Position numbers and translations under genes: made by a program. Below the pieces are notes generated by a model. It saw nothing but the letters and a program-made list of their open reading frames with translations. It was not told the DNA's origin and searched no databases. From Fimbriosthenelais zetlandica (lineage: Eukaryota), in contig OZ365110.1 of assembly GCA_977030845.1 (NCBI GenBank), positions 48,422,001 through 48,486,000 of the forward strand: a stretch of 64,000 bases of DNA, written 5' to 3'. This document shows positions 39,216 through 53,261 of this stretch, in pieces; the stretch's first letter is position 1, and every line of letters begins with the position of its first letter.

Positions 39216-41151
39216 TCAGTTTCGCGGTATTGTTCTAAATGATTATATTTGGGAAATACGTACCCGAATAACATGTTAATAAAATATTATTAACATATAT
39301 TTTTAAAAACATATATAGAATCTCTGACTAATGAACAAATTTGGAAAAGTCCGAGACAACTTGAGGACATTTTACAGGGAACATGAAAGCTACACAACTG
39401 AGTGAACATTATACCCTAGTAAACAAATGTTGGCCTACCTTCGATAGATTAAAGGTCGAAGACCGTAAACCAGAACTTTGTTGGTGTTCCCATATATGTA
39501 TGTCTATTATATTATGTAACCCTCAGTGATGATGTTCGAATTAAGCCATTTTAATCAAAGGCTTTCAAAAATGATTCCACTATGATTCAGATGGCCACCG
39601 GAGTAACTGTTTTGTTCCAAACCACGCTCTCCTGAAACTGATTGGTAACGTCTGCGTGAACCACCAGATTGGAGCGGGTAGGGTGGGAGGGACCTGGAGG
39701 GGGGCGGGGAAGGGGCCAGGGGGCCAGATACCAGCGGGCGTTTATTCCAAACCCACCCGCCACCCATGCTCCCGGCAACACCGCTATATGACCAGCCACT
39801 CCCCCATCTGACGCCACCAAACCCCCCTCCCCCCTCCATAGCTGGACCTCATTCCAGCTGTAGACTAGCCTCCCCAGGGGAACTGTCCCCTTTTCCCTTT
39901 CTATATTCTTCCTATGATTACAAAAATTAACAAAATGTTACTTTTCACTATGCAAATATGTTATTTTTTAAAATCATACTTAAACTAATTTGATTGGAAT
40001 TAGAGTTGTCAATGATAACCTAATTTGAAGTTATGTTAGGACTGACATACCAGACAATTAGTCAAGTTTTGGAATATGCTGCATAATGCACAGGTGCTCC
40101 CCCTATCCTCCCACCCCCCCCCCTCCCACCCCCCAAAATCACATTAACTCCACAAGTGGCGAAAGCATTGAGTATAGACAGTTCCAACGACCACTGGTCT
40201 GGAGCTGTCATCGTCCTCACCCATAAATAAATAGGGATTAAACACATGACTTTGGTTGCATGGATTTCGTCATGAAAAACACCCCTCAGAGCAGGGTCCT
40301 TCAAAATCAAATAAGTAAAGGGCCTTCAATCCTATTTCTATGTGTATGATCCATAATGTTAATAACACAAATATTATGGAATAACTTTGCGTCCGAAAAA
40401 AAGTGTCTGAAGAAAAACCAGAGACATGAAATAATTATCTTTCATGAATATATACATTTGACATCTGGCCAAGATTAGATCATACAGTTATGTGGCTGAT
40501 ATCATTTATGAATATTACATGGATGCCATAGGCAAATAATCTCTCGCATAGATCTCATCTGTATAGCAAAAGAGCCGTTAACAGAGCTGTTCTACTTATT
40601 CGACAAATAAGATTTTTGCCACATACTATAAGCTTTATATGTGGTATGTTATCTTTCTAGGTCATGATATGGAGCCCTGTATCTAACAACCTCAACACTT
40701 CTCCAGCATGTGCCCCAACAGAGACCTTATCACAACTTGATATAGGGTCCCTGGCCCCAACCCCCAACTGCCCTGACCTCTCTCGAGCCCCATCTCAACT
40801 AGACGCGTCTCGGACTTCTATAAATCAGAAATTCCTAATTTATACATAATGTAATTCAATATCGCGTCGGGAGAATTTCCATTTTATTATTTGATCTAGA
40901 AATAAATATATGGGAATAAAGACGATTTTTTCCAACACATAATATAAAAAAAAAAAAAAAGATATAGGAGATGCCCTCTGTTTTCTATTACCAACACATT
41001 CCATTGGGTGATGGAGGTCTTTTTGAGTCCCTCATCCCCCGCCCCCAAACCAACCCCAATACCCCCACAACACAGTCTTTCAAAGCCAGGCGTCACTCAC
41101 GATGCCCGAACCAGAAATCTAATGCCGCCGAAACAATGCAAGCTATGATTG

Positions 41152-41165
41152 GTTTCCATGGCAAC
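41152..41165. promoter_or_regulatory. RFX X-box (GTTTCCATGGCAAC) overlapping a CCAAT box
   Basis: Exact match to the GTTNCCATRGNAAC consensus. AACCAATC lies immediately downstream on the minus strand, and a GTGAGT donor at 41100-41095. Confidence 0.55.
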
Positions 41166-42688
41166 CCAGCTACACATAGGTTGTCACACTAGGACTGACC
41201 TTAGAGTAAAAATTGCTCTAAGACTGAGTTAATGACTGGATTTAAAATGTTTGAAAAAGAAATCAAGAAAACGAGGAAGATATAGAGGTAATCGAGTGAT
41301 ACTCTAACATAGGCAGTTATGGGAGGATACTGACATACTAGTTACCAATGATTAATCAAATGTCAAAAATATATAAAATCGAATAAAATGTAACTTTTAT
41401 AATCAACAGAATTTAATCTCGTTTATTTGCGGGGCGTATTTTGGGAGTGATTGGAGGGAACATTGAAGCTGTGGTGCATCCCTTCCTCTTCCCTATATCC
41501 GCCCCTATCTCCTCCCCCTTCCCTTCCATCTTCCATTCCCATTCCATTCTCTGACACACGTCACAAACCTTCCCACCCTCAGCATCCAGCATTCAGCCTG
41601 CCATTGTGATGGGTCAAAACACCAGAAGACCTTTAAACCCTCCAGAACCTTAGCTTGTTGTTTCTCCATGAGAAGTAGACTTGCCTAAAACTTTTATTCA
41701 ATTGCCCTCATTCATAGATGAGATTCCCAAAACAGGGATTATGCATTAGGCCTACTACATGGAATGTCTTGTTATCTGAGTTAATTGACTTAATGTGACC
41801 TGCCAAATTAGAATCTAATTTACTTTTCTCCTGGGCGGGGTTGAGGGAGGAAGGTGACGGTTTTCCATAGATTTGTGCAAGTCTTAGATTCGTGCTTTTT
41901 AGGGGAAAACTACTATTTAAAAGTAGAATCATGTACTTGTCCGGAATAAAGAATTGAATTGAAAAGAATTGAATTGAATTTGGTCACCTCACTGAAGGAA
42001 TTGGCCAGGGGTGGGGTAAGGAAGGATAGGTGGTAGGGAAAGAGGTAAATCTATTGGTGGTCATTGCACAGCCAGGGGCTAATGTATTGATGTGCAATGA
42101 CCCCTCGGCGAGTCAAGGGACCATAGGGCCAATCTATAGTTGAAGGGTTGAGAGGTGTCAATCTCAGAGGACGACTGATAAAACCTGTAACGTTGGCTTC
42201 TGCTGCACCGACTGCTGATGGAAACCAGATGTGGAGGGCGCCATCATTAACTTTCCCCTGGACTTGCCTCAGTCCAAATAATTTTATTATTTTAAATGTA
42301 TGCATTCCAATATATGCAAAAATGATTTTAAAAAATCTTCAATCCTGAAACTGTATAGCATATCTAAGTTACAGTCAGAAATGCAAACCGTATACATTTT
42401 CTTAATACATTGTTTACAATATGAAACCAAATGCCCCAAAATAAGAAAAGAAATCTAAAATTCATGAGTGGGAAGGTTGGATCATCAACATTATATACCC
42501 TTTCCCAAACATCCCACGCCCCCACCCCCCGCCACCACCACCACCTACACCATATCTCACCTCACCCCCTCCATCTTAGCCCCCCCCCCCGCCTGCCCCC
42601 GCCCCCTCCGCCACCTTACCCTCGAGAGGTCGCTGCTGGCAAACCTCCAGGTAAGCATGAACCTCATTTGCTCTGGGAAAACCAAGCG

Positions 42689-42702
42689 GTTTCCATAGCA
42701 AC
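42689..42702. promoter_or_regulatory. RFX X-box (GTTTCCATAGCAAC)
   Basis: Match to the X-box consensus within the extended palindrome CGGTT...AACCG. A minus-strand donor GAGG|gtaagg lies at 42620/42619, followed by a GC-rich tract. Confidence 0.55.
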
Positions 42703-43758
42703 CGCGACATTGGGTTAATAACCTATTTCTAGGCCTATGTTCCGAGGTTGGAGGGATATATATACTGAAAGCAGTATCCACAAGTCAATGGAGAAGCTTT
42801 TTGTTCCTCGGTCAGAGTTCTAAACCGGGAGTGATTCTAGCTCTATAGGAAATTTAAGATCTGTGAGTACTCCAGTAGGGTGCTTTTATACTGCGACAAG
42901 GTCTAAAGGCTAATTAAATTGAGTTTACAAGACCCCCTGAGATCTCTGAAATCAACAATTTCCCACTACGATTCTGCATGTGGAAGATCATTCTTTTGAC
43001 ATGGCCAGTGGAAAATATTTTATTTTCTCACCCTTAACATTGAAGAGTGCCAAGACTCGAGAGGGTAGCTTTTCATTAAAGTGTATGTCAATATCATTCA
43101 CGTGATATACTATTACAAGATCACACAATGACCAAAAGGATGAAAAATGTAGATGCCGACAGAGCTATTATATGGTTGAGTTATAGCGGCGTTTTCCTAA
43201 AAACGAACAAGGCGATTGATCAATAACATGCTTCGAACTATAATGAGATTTGTCCCTTAATGATACTTTTAATTACGACTGGGTAGTCACTTAATAGTCA
43301 CTGGGTAGGCCGAAATAATAATCAGTGTTGACAAATAAAAGTGTCTACTATTATTATTAATGAACACCTCATTGTCTATCATTTTTTCATATTTGGACAC
43401 AAAAAGAGTTACCAAAAAGTGTTTATTTTTGTGTAATAATCTTAACACTTGTTTTGAGAGTGTAAGTGCTCTTTAGTTCAAGTTGGCATATATCCCTTCA
43501 TGTTTGTGTATTGAAAGGAGCCATCAAAAAGTGTATAGACCCAATTCTGTCAGTCTCGTCTACAGTCTCGCGGCTGATATATAAGTGTACACTGAGAAAA
43601 AAACACGGAATAAAACTTAAAAGGGGATGATAGCGTTACTAGAAGGATATGATATACAGAAGTACATCTTTCCAGTGAAAAAAGAGCGTGGATAAAACAT
43701 TGGCCAAGACACCATATTGTACGGTAGTGAGTTTTTTGCCGGACAAACATATGTCCCG

Positions 43759-43842
43759 GGGCAAGTTTCATAGAAAAAAACACAACATAAGCTATTGGTA
43801 GGTCTATGATCAAAGGCATGGCATCATTTTTGGAACAGGCCT
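43759..43842 (+). mobile_element. 84-bp mini-MITE (PIF/Harbinger-like ends)
   Basis: Ends GGGCAAGTTTCA...TGGAACAGGCCT, flanked by CCG/CAG. Internal ACATAAGCTATTGGT is shared with the other copies. Confidence 0.5.
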
Positions 43843-43859
43843 CAGATCAGCATGTCCTG

Positions 43860-43943
43860 GGGCCTGTTTCATACAAGGTTGCATTACATAAGCTAGTGCT
43901 AAATCTGTAGGATGAATTAACTTATCCTTTTTGAAACAAACCC
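43860..43943 (+). mobile_element. 84-bp mini-MITE (PIF/Harbinger-like ends)
   Basis: TIRs GGGCCTGTTTCA / TGAAACAAACCC (10/12 complementary) with CTG on both sides. Confidence 0.6.
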
Positions 43944-45499
43944 CTGACAAGTTAAGTCTGGTGTCCTGTATCTTTAAATAGATGAGCTAGCCCAAACCAA
44001 GGAGCTTGTCTGACTCTGGGGGATGGGCATAGTAAGAATATATTCTAATACTGCATGGGGGACATAGCAACATAGCCAGGGTGAAAGAGAGATACTTTCC
44101 CTGTTGTTCACTATATTATGATCCTTCTCAAAATCCACAGGTATTATTTTTTTCGGAATTAAATCTTGGAGTTTAGAGACAGGCCACCACCCAACTCCCT
44201 TTATGAACTATTTTATAGTGGGTATTGAAATACCAATATTTTAAACAAATAAAATGATAAAACTGTAGGGAATATTCCCTAGAATTTTTTTGAATTGTAA
44301 CACAGGCGAACGTCTTAGGTTAGGTCTTAGAAGGGAGAAGGGATGGTTGACTCAAATACATTGTTAAGCATTTAGCAGTATTAATTTTTGATAATTAGAC
44401 AATTATTGTAAGTATTGGTTCTCAACAATGCAACTTTACTGAATGACAAATTCATGGTGAAAAGAGAGAGGGCGCCACAGTGATAGACATACCCAGTCCT
44501 ACAATCACATCTAATGAATCTTAGTTCAAGCCACTGCCACCTATGGCGCTTCTGTATTGCTACATTTTTCTGTTTCATCTGGGATTTTCTTCTACTAAAT
44601 ATTTATAAAACAATGTTATATCCCACTTTAACAATGTGATACCCCCACACACTTGTATTTACCACAAAACCAAATTTATTGTTGATAAATTCCAGTTACT
44701 GGAAGTGAAACTTTCTGGAAGAGAAAAGAGAATTTCCTGTGGCTAAACTGAAAATACGGGTGCTGCTTATAGAAAAGATCTTTAAAGAATATTAAGAAAA
44801 AGTAACAATGAATGGCATTCTCCCAGCAGAGACTAGTTGTAGGCATTACATGTAGTTTGCTGTAAAGTTTTTTGAAAGGGTCGATGAATTAACTGTCAAG
44901 TTTAGTCTACGGACATACATACAACATGTAGTCTTCTGTTTGGCCCAAAATTTATGTATGAGGGGGAGAAATAGTCACATATAGAGTGAGACAAAAAGAG
45001 AACGGTACAGTAAGAGATGAGGGACATGTGGGCAGAGAAAGAAAGAAGGAGGTAAAATTAGTAATTATTAATGTTAAAATAGGACCAAAAAGAGGTGACA
45101 AGAGAAGTATATTTATTGGGGGAAATACACCTTTTTTGTATTGCACACATCCTAGCTGTCAAATAATTTCTTGAAAAAGTTACACTTTTCACAGCAAGGG
45201 CTTGTATATATATGAATAAAAATAATGCATCATATATACTAGTAACATCCGGCCCCTGTGTATAGGGCCGATTCTTGAGAACAAGCCCGCCAGTGTTAAC
45301 ACCTATAGGCGTTCTGGCATCCCTGGAGGGTGTGTGTGAGTGAGTGTGTGTGCACTATTAATGCAGCATTCCAGCTCCCACATCTCCTTGCTAATGGTGG
45401 CCTATACACTAGCCCCCATCCCCAGATACACAGCCTACAGAGTATTAAGTCCAACGCTAAAGCTCCGACGTATCTGAGCGAAATATTTTATTTCACCAG

Positions 45500-45585
45500 G
45501 GCTCCATTTCAGGAGAAAGAGATGCATGTATAGACTCACCATTGGCTTATATATAGGGTAGGTAAGTATCTTTTGAAATGAGCCC
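45500..45585 (-). mobile_element. ~86-bp copy of the same mini-MITE family, inverted
   Basis: Ends GGCTCCATTTCA / TGAAATGAGCCC. The reverse-complement interior ATAAGCCAATGGTGAGTCTAT matches ATAAGCTATTGGTAGGTCTAT of the 43759 copy. Confidence 0.5.
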
Positions 45586-48500
45586 CAAAGGATGTGATCA
45601 TCCTTGGGGCACAAGATATAGTTGGGCTATAGTTATTCTCCCTGGGGTAAAACTTGTGTAACTTTGGCATGGACATATTGGGATGTAGTGAATATTTCTC
45701 TCTAATTTGGCACCTTACTTTTAGACCAAACAGGTTAAATTAAAAGGATAAACTTAAAATAGAGACCTTTTCAGAATATAGATTTTCTTCATTTATTATC
45801 ATACCACATTAATTGTTACTTTTATGAATCAGGTCCTTGAATTTATAGAAACTGGGTGCATTATTATCTTTAATTATTTTTATCCTAACTTTTAACCCAA
45901 AGATACCGAGAAACCAATTATAGATACAATACCTAGAGTCGATCCATGTTGAGAAGAATCCGTAGACTTCATGTTTCACTATGACAGGTTAATTAGCGCC
46001 ATCTCCCAATTAAGTAGGCCTAGCATAAACAAACACGCTCTTCCTCTTATTGACCTATTTTTTCCTTATCAAGACATGGCCAACTACCCTAAATATATAC
46101 CCAGGGTTTTAGGTGTTTAGCTATAGGAGCTTGGCACGATAATGTGACAAAATGTCCCAGTATTAAATGGCTTTTTTTCACGGGGCTAACATCAAAGGGA
46201 ACAGTAAAATACCTGGACATTTTGGCTCCTTTTGAGTTTCCTCTCAACTTCTCTTTTGGAATGCAGACAGCATCTCCTCTGCTCTAGATATTTCTGTACT
46301 GACATACTTTTTTGTATTCATTGATTCATAATTGATATAATTATCATTCTGCCCCGTGACTGAACCCATTTACTCCTAATCGCCTTATAAATAGCAGGAG
46401 TAAAAAAGAAAAGAAAAATCACACCATCATGTCCTTTCCTCTTATTATACATTTTAAATTAATGACCTGTTGTTTCCAAAATGTTCAGGTTATGACTGAC
46501 AATAATTATATTTGTTTTGAGACCAACTCCAGCTGTTACCTCGGCATTCATATACTTCAAAACTATTTGATTAAATATTACACAGAAGTTGGATCATGTA
46601 TACAATGGAAGTAAGCAAAAAGTTCATGTAGCCATGATTCAGAGAAGCCTCATTCGTCCTTTGTTTCGTTCAGAAATTAATTGAAAATTTGTGATTCGCC
46701 CATGGGCATTAAACTTAGCATCAAGATCCAAGAAGTTATATTATTGCTGCATGTGAAAGCTAAACATTAGAAGTTTAGATATGCATTGAATTTCCAAGGT
46801 AAGTATTAATTCTATATCGAATCCTGAATTGTTCCTAGATCTGAGGTTACTATATTTTCTTAGAGAATAATATCTCTCTCTCTATACATTATATGGGAAA
46901 ACCCTCCCAAAACAGTTGTCAGTCGCCCCACATTCTATCTCTTCACATGTATATATTACTAATGATACACAGACTAACATGTATGTCTGACACATTGTGT
47001 ATGAGGAAAACAGGTTTGTACCCAGTAACCGCCCTAAATATTACCCAATGTCAGTCTGAATGTCAGTCTGGGAAGATGCTTCTACATTCAAACCAAAAAC
47101 TATTCAGACATCTTTTTTTAAACAAGCATTTTACATCTCCAGAACTATACATTAAGTCTTGATTAAATTTTATCTCTTTTTTGGCAATAAATAGTTTTAC
47201 AAAACCACGTACAGATTGCTCATATTTTGTTTCGAATAAACGGCCCGAAAATATTTCCAGAAATATTTGCAACAATGTAATTGTCTAAATCTTTTTTGGT
47301 GTGACTGTATTACATAATGTTTACGCATGAGTTTTCTGTATACACAACTGATCATAAACACATGTTTTCAAGATCGGTCATAACATATTAATCCAAACAC
47401 GTTAAATACATCTTCTACTTTAAATTCTGTTGACCCATTCTATTGGGCTAGCCAGCTCACTAACTTGATATCTCAATTTCTTTGATTTTCAGCTGGGGCT
47501 CTTCCTAAGTGCATTTATATATCTTGCCTTCTCTGTATGAGATAAGTCTGTGGGAGCAGGTGCTCTAAAAGATAAATACGACACACCCAACACCCTGAGC
47601 AGGAAGCAGTGAAAAGGGCTCGAGCAGCCCAAGGTCTGGGACATTGAACTGCCAATAGATAATCCCTGTAAAGATGGGCCATTGGAATAATTATTGGGAA
47701 TAAATGATATAATACACCCACGACAATTTAATTATTATACTATGCTTCCCTGACAATTAGCTCTAATAATGATCCAGTAATTAATTGGGTCATAATCATC
47801 AGTCAGTGTTCCAAAATCATCAATGCATTGAGACAAATACCATCCGTTAGAGGTATATGCATAACTTTTCTGAAACCTCTAACGTCACTGTAAAGAATGC
47901 ATATACTCAAAGGAGTAATTGCCATTGATTATGAAAGAATGTTTTTCCGGGGGAAATATATCATATGTCTATAGGCTTAGATTTGGCAAATAGCACCTTA
48001 GAGGATTTTTTCTTTCTTTGGGTTCTGCATTGTTTTAAGGACACAGGATTGTTTAAAGGTAATTAATTTAGAATCCCACCCCCGGCCCCACCCCTATTAA
48101 TCCGTATCTGACTGGGTGAAATCAAAATATGGAGTCAAATAAACCAAGGGGACTTGGAGGTAAAATTATTTCACACAAATAACAGGAGTTGTAGCCCTAT
48201 TAGTTATAACCCAGTGACACGAAAGTGCACGCCAGACACCAAGATTAAATAGAAATGGTCTCAGAATTAGCCTGAGAAACCAAATGCATGTCTGAACTGG
48301 CTGGAATACACCATGTAATATCACGGCTCTATCAGAATTCTTATGAATTATCTAATGCTATTCGCCACCCTCACTAACAATAAAATACTAATACACTCTG
48401 TATATATGTAATATATAACTCAACTGAACCAAAGCCGAGCCACTGTCAACACAAATGTTAAAGTGCAGCAGCACAGAGGACGTCTCCATACATGTATTCC

Positions 48501-51500
48501 ACATGCGAGATTCAAGTACATGTACTATGTGAGAACATCACATAACATGTCAAAAACTTCTGCTGGCAAATGATGTAATGACATATTAAGTCAAAAATAA
48601 AATGGAATGGTTCGTATGTCGATGCTTTCTCTCGAGTATAATTTGTATTTGTAGATGATCTGATTTTATATTAGTTTGCTTAATAATACACCAGAATAAT
48701 GTTGACAGAGGGATGAATAAGACTAGAGGGCCTCCTAGCCTGAGGACTTTTTCATATGACCTCATTCAGGGCTAGAAATGTGTCTACCAAACCGATATAA
48801 TGTCCAGAAGGGCCAATCTGTCCTAGGACTGGTTTGCCAGATTTGAAAGAATTCATCGCCCACATGCCTTTGTCCCAGCAATAAAAAAATAAACAACTTC
48901 TGGCTAATTTGACACAAATATTCCAAAAGTTTATAAATAACAAGGTAAAGTAAAAGCCCTTATATAATAACATGGTGACCAGCCTATGATATTTACCAAA
49001 GGAAAACAAGAAGGAGGAGGAGGAGGAGGCAGCTCCTCTGTATACAACAAGTATGCAGCAGGGCTATTGTTTGTCAGTATATGACCTTTTGTATTATACA
49101 CGACAGAATGTGAACATGCTATGATCATACAAATGCTTGCTTTGATCTTGAGGATATAGCTGCAAGATAGGTCATTAAAATATGATGGCCCACATAGTTG
49201 GAGGCCCGAGCCTGGACACCATACTAGTGACTACTGTCTAGGCACAGATGTCTGCAGGCACATGTCACATGCAGGGATGACAACACGGTACGGTGGCTGG
49301 TTCAAAACAAAAACTAAGTCATAGGCAGTCATGATGTTATTTAGGCCAGGATATAAAAAGCACGCATATATTCTCTCAATCTCTGCCAATTTGTGCAACA
49401 AGTGAGATTATTATTTGGTATACTATTATACTTTTGGTCCCGAAGGAATCCTGCTCTGATTCGATTTAAAGCTTAATTTTAACTGACTTTCATCTTGAGA
49501 CTCTTTCTAAGTATGTTCCTTCTGTGTAAGAGATCTTTATCAGGAGCAGGTGCTCTAGAACATGTATGGAACATACCCATCACCCTCTGGAGGGACAGAG
49601 TGAAAATGCCTTGGACAGCTGAGGGATGGAAGCATGTCCACCAACCCTTTGATCATTGGTCTCCCTCGAATGAGCTGAAGCTGAAACCAACTGAACCGAG
49701 CCCCCTCCCTGAGCATCAGCTATGATATGTTAATTTGGGGACTCAAATAAAATGTATAACCCTCGTACTTCAGCTCAGTGATGCAGGACTGAGGGGGAAT
49801 TTTAAAATGACTGCAACATCCTTAAGATATATTAGTACACTGATAAGGTAGATTTCGTTGTCTATTGCTTGAAATTCTAGTTGATTATGTGATCATAATC
49901 CACCGGAATGAAATCATACTTCCCAGAAGTTTACTAAAGTGGATACAGCCCTCAGGCGTTAAGCCTACGAGGTGCTTATAAATGCCGGTAATAAGTTCTA
50001 GGCTTACCAGCAGAAGATTCGCAACATTAATGTACAGTGTATGGAGGCTGAGCCTCCACTATAATATATTATATACATACAATCACAATAATGAGTGTAT
50101 GGACCAATATATAATCTGTAAACTGGACTACATACATATTATATACCAGTACACAATACCCACTTATCCTTGCATAATTGTTATAGACCTAATGATCCTA
50201 GATGGGGACAGATATTTATCAGCAGGGAGGGGTCATATCAGGCGAGAGGGTGAGGGGACATGTGATGGGGGGAGGATGATGGTCGGGACATGTCATCCCG
50301 ACCACAACTATATACTGTCAAGGTTAACCACAGTTTTAACTGCAATGTTAAATAAGCGTATAATAAATAGAAATCTGTTTGGGAAGATGTATACGCTTGG
50401 GTAAAAATACGTATTTATGAACTTTTAAAAGTTCTTTTAATTAACGTAAAGTATAAATGAATGAACTTTTAAATGAACTTTTAAATGTTTACTTGACATT
50501 AACATTTATGAACTTTAAAAGTTTACTTTTAATTAACGTAAAGCACATAATTTTACATACATTTAATATTAAAATATGTACTCAATTGTACAGGCCTGTT
50601 GACTGGAAGAACACATGTTGTTATTTCGGTATGTTTTTACCATTGCCCCTCCCATCTCCTTTCCTAAGCAAATGAGGTTATATAGCTCTCATTAAATGCA
50701 AATTGCTGTACAGTTTAGTGACATACAATTGGATCAGCGAGCAGAAATAACTGCTTCCTAATATGCATGTAAATGCATACATACATATATACCAAGTTAT
50801 AGTACACAGGTACCTCTGATTTACATGACCTGCTATGACATCAATAGACAAACACGAATAATCTACAGAATTAAAGGTTTAATTCCTGTTACAGCATCCT
50901 GTGAAATACATATGGCATGTCTCACACCGGCTTACCATAGCAACCCAAACAATACCTTTTACCATGGCAATGTTTTCCAAGACAGCCACCCACGTAAGCG
51001 CTAACACCCTTGCCCAAAGCCACACCACCCCCACCTGCCTCACCCATTCCCTGAGATGTGCCATCACTTTCTGCTATATACCTTCACGTCCCACAACTAT
51101 TTTATCCATCCCCACAAGTCTCTTCCCCCATGCTATCATTACCAAAACCACCACCACCACCACCTCCTCCTCCTCCTACACCGCCTCCACCACCAAATCT
51201 ATACCACCACACTTAATACGTGTCAACGCCCAGTTTTTCATTCCCTTACTATTTGTCTGATCTAGATTTTAGATCCTGCATCCTTTTACTTCAGACTTTT
51301 TTCCTATAGCAAACTACTTTTGTACGCATAAATAATGTATGAATAACTTTTAATGGTAGGCCTATTATATCATTGGAGGTGTGCCACATATGATTTAAAA
51401 ACTTCATTTAAAGTGTGAGATGTTCAGGCATTATCCCAGGATAACTGTCTAAATTAGAGGTAAGAGTGCACCATAAGAAAATAAGTGCATAAATTAAATA

Positions 51501-53251
51501 GACTTAAGAAATAGCAGATCCCTGGTATAGCAGATAGACTGAGACTTGGATCTGACCTCTGAACCCACCCCCTGCCATCCCACTCGGGGCATCCAGACTG
51601 ATACTTTTGATGCCATTCCAAGCTTCAGCCTTTAGACATGAAACAGGTGCACATTTGGTAGAGAACTTACGGTATGTGATTTTTTAGTCTATTTTTTAGT
51701 GCCTGATTATTGGTGACAGAAAGCTATTTTGGTCACACGTTGCGCTTTCTTTTACCTCTGTCATCACTTTTATATTAGAGACTGTACCAAAATAAAATGT
51801 TTTGCTCTCGTTTAATTTTCATGGGAAGAAAAAAGTAATTAAAAGGGGGTTTATGGGAAAAATAAATTTCCATTTTTATCGCTTTCTAAAAGTCAAAAGT
51901 CTTATATAGGGAAGGAGGAAATATCAAGCAGTAAACAAGCACCTCCATGCCGGCTCTGTGATAGTTCCCACTTCTGTAGTGAAGGATCCCGTGCCAAGAA
52001 TGGCATGTTTGTAACATATCAGCTTGGCAGGGATATCGGTTCTGCCTCCCTGCTCTGCCCACCCTATATCTCTCCCCAGTTCTCTCAGTGCAAGTGCATT
52101 AAAGCTGGGGGTCTGTTTCATCATAAACCGATAAAGCACTGTGGACTCGATCAACTGTGACCAGCCTTAAACCCTAAAAATAGTCCAGGTGTGGTTGAAG
52201 AGCAGTAATCACTAGGTTTGGTAGATGTATCATTAAGGACACCTCTGAATAGTAAACACGCCATTTGTCATTTTTTTCAATTTCTATCTATGAAGAGTAC
52301 ATCTACCTGTTCGTTCCTGCCTGGTGCTTTGAAGGTGGAAAAATATCTTGGCTAGCACCCAAACTATTTTTTAAATGACATCATTCTGTTAAACCGATAT
52401 TTTTGGATTGGTAACACGGCCAGAAAAAAACATAATACACGATACACAAAATGTCCTGATCCTCTAAGCTAACTGTGTAATATCGGCTAGTGTGAACTGG
52501 GTATACAAGAAACCCATCGTCTGATAAGTAATGGTTTCAAATGTCTTATAGTTAACTATATTTAAAATTTATTCATGAAAGACTAAAGACAGTTAAATGT
52601 TATAAAGTTATTTTGTGTGGGGTTAGGGTCACATTAGAGGTCTATGGTTTATCATCATTTATCAATGGAAATAATGGGTTTAAAGTCTGGCGCACGTGGC
52701 GACTGACATGACCTTGATGAGGGGTGAGCAGTGAACAATCAGATCATGATGTATATCTCACCATTCACCTCATTATCTCCATTCACTGGGCTATAGTTTC
52801 AAGCCAATGATAGCCTGCCCATAAATAATGACACCTTTTGAGCCTTATTTGACAAAATTCAAAAGAGCTCAGATGCTCGACACGGCTCAATATATTGCTA
52901 TTATAAAGCGTGTATAAATAAACATCACAGGTTCTTCTGACGCAGGGGGGGAATAGACTTGCATAGGTCTTGGATGCAATTGGTTTTCTAAAAGATGACC
53001 TGTCGAATTTGAGTCACTTTGAGAGGGGGAAGGTGTTGGGGTGTGGAGCGTCCACTGTCATTGGGAGGATGGGGAGGAGGAGGAGGGCTAGTCTATAGTG
53101 GAGCACAGGGATGCTGTTAACATGGTCTCTATGGTAGGCTAGTTACACCAGACCATACCGGAGCCATATGTATACCGGTCTGAAGTCAAACTGACGGTAT
53201 ATATGTATACCTTTATGTACCTGAAGATTAAAATTAATATTTTCAACTTAC

Positions 53252-53261
53252 TTGGATCCAT
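53252..53261 (-). CDS. Candidate first coding exon (ATG GAT CCA A|gtaagt), giving MDPSGESFKE... when spliced to the giant exon
   Basis: Strong start context (ccaaaATGG), consensus GTAAGT donor at 53251-53246, and phase 1 matching the giant exon's acceptor. It lies at the end of a GC/purine-rich 5'UTR-like region (53270-54800). Inferred without transcript data. Confidence 0.4.

Noticed and set aside
45534-45560. ATG|gtgagt donor with an upstream TATA-like sequence
   Set aside because: It lies inside an inverted copy of the 84-bp MITE, and the phase is incompatible with the giant exon.
49574-49720. Possible internal exon between the MDP exon and the giant exon
   Set aside because: The phase-1 frame hits TGA before the GTATGT donor, the other open frame ends in phase 2, and part of the segment is a duplicated element.
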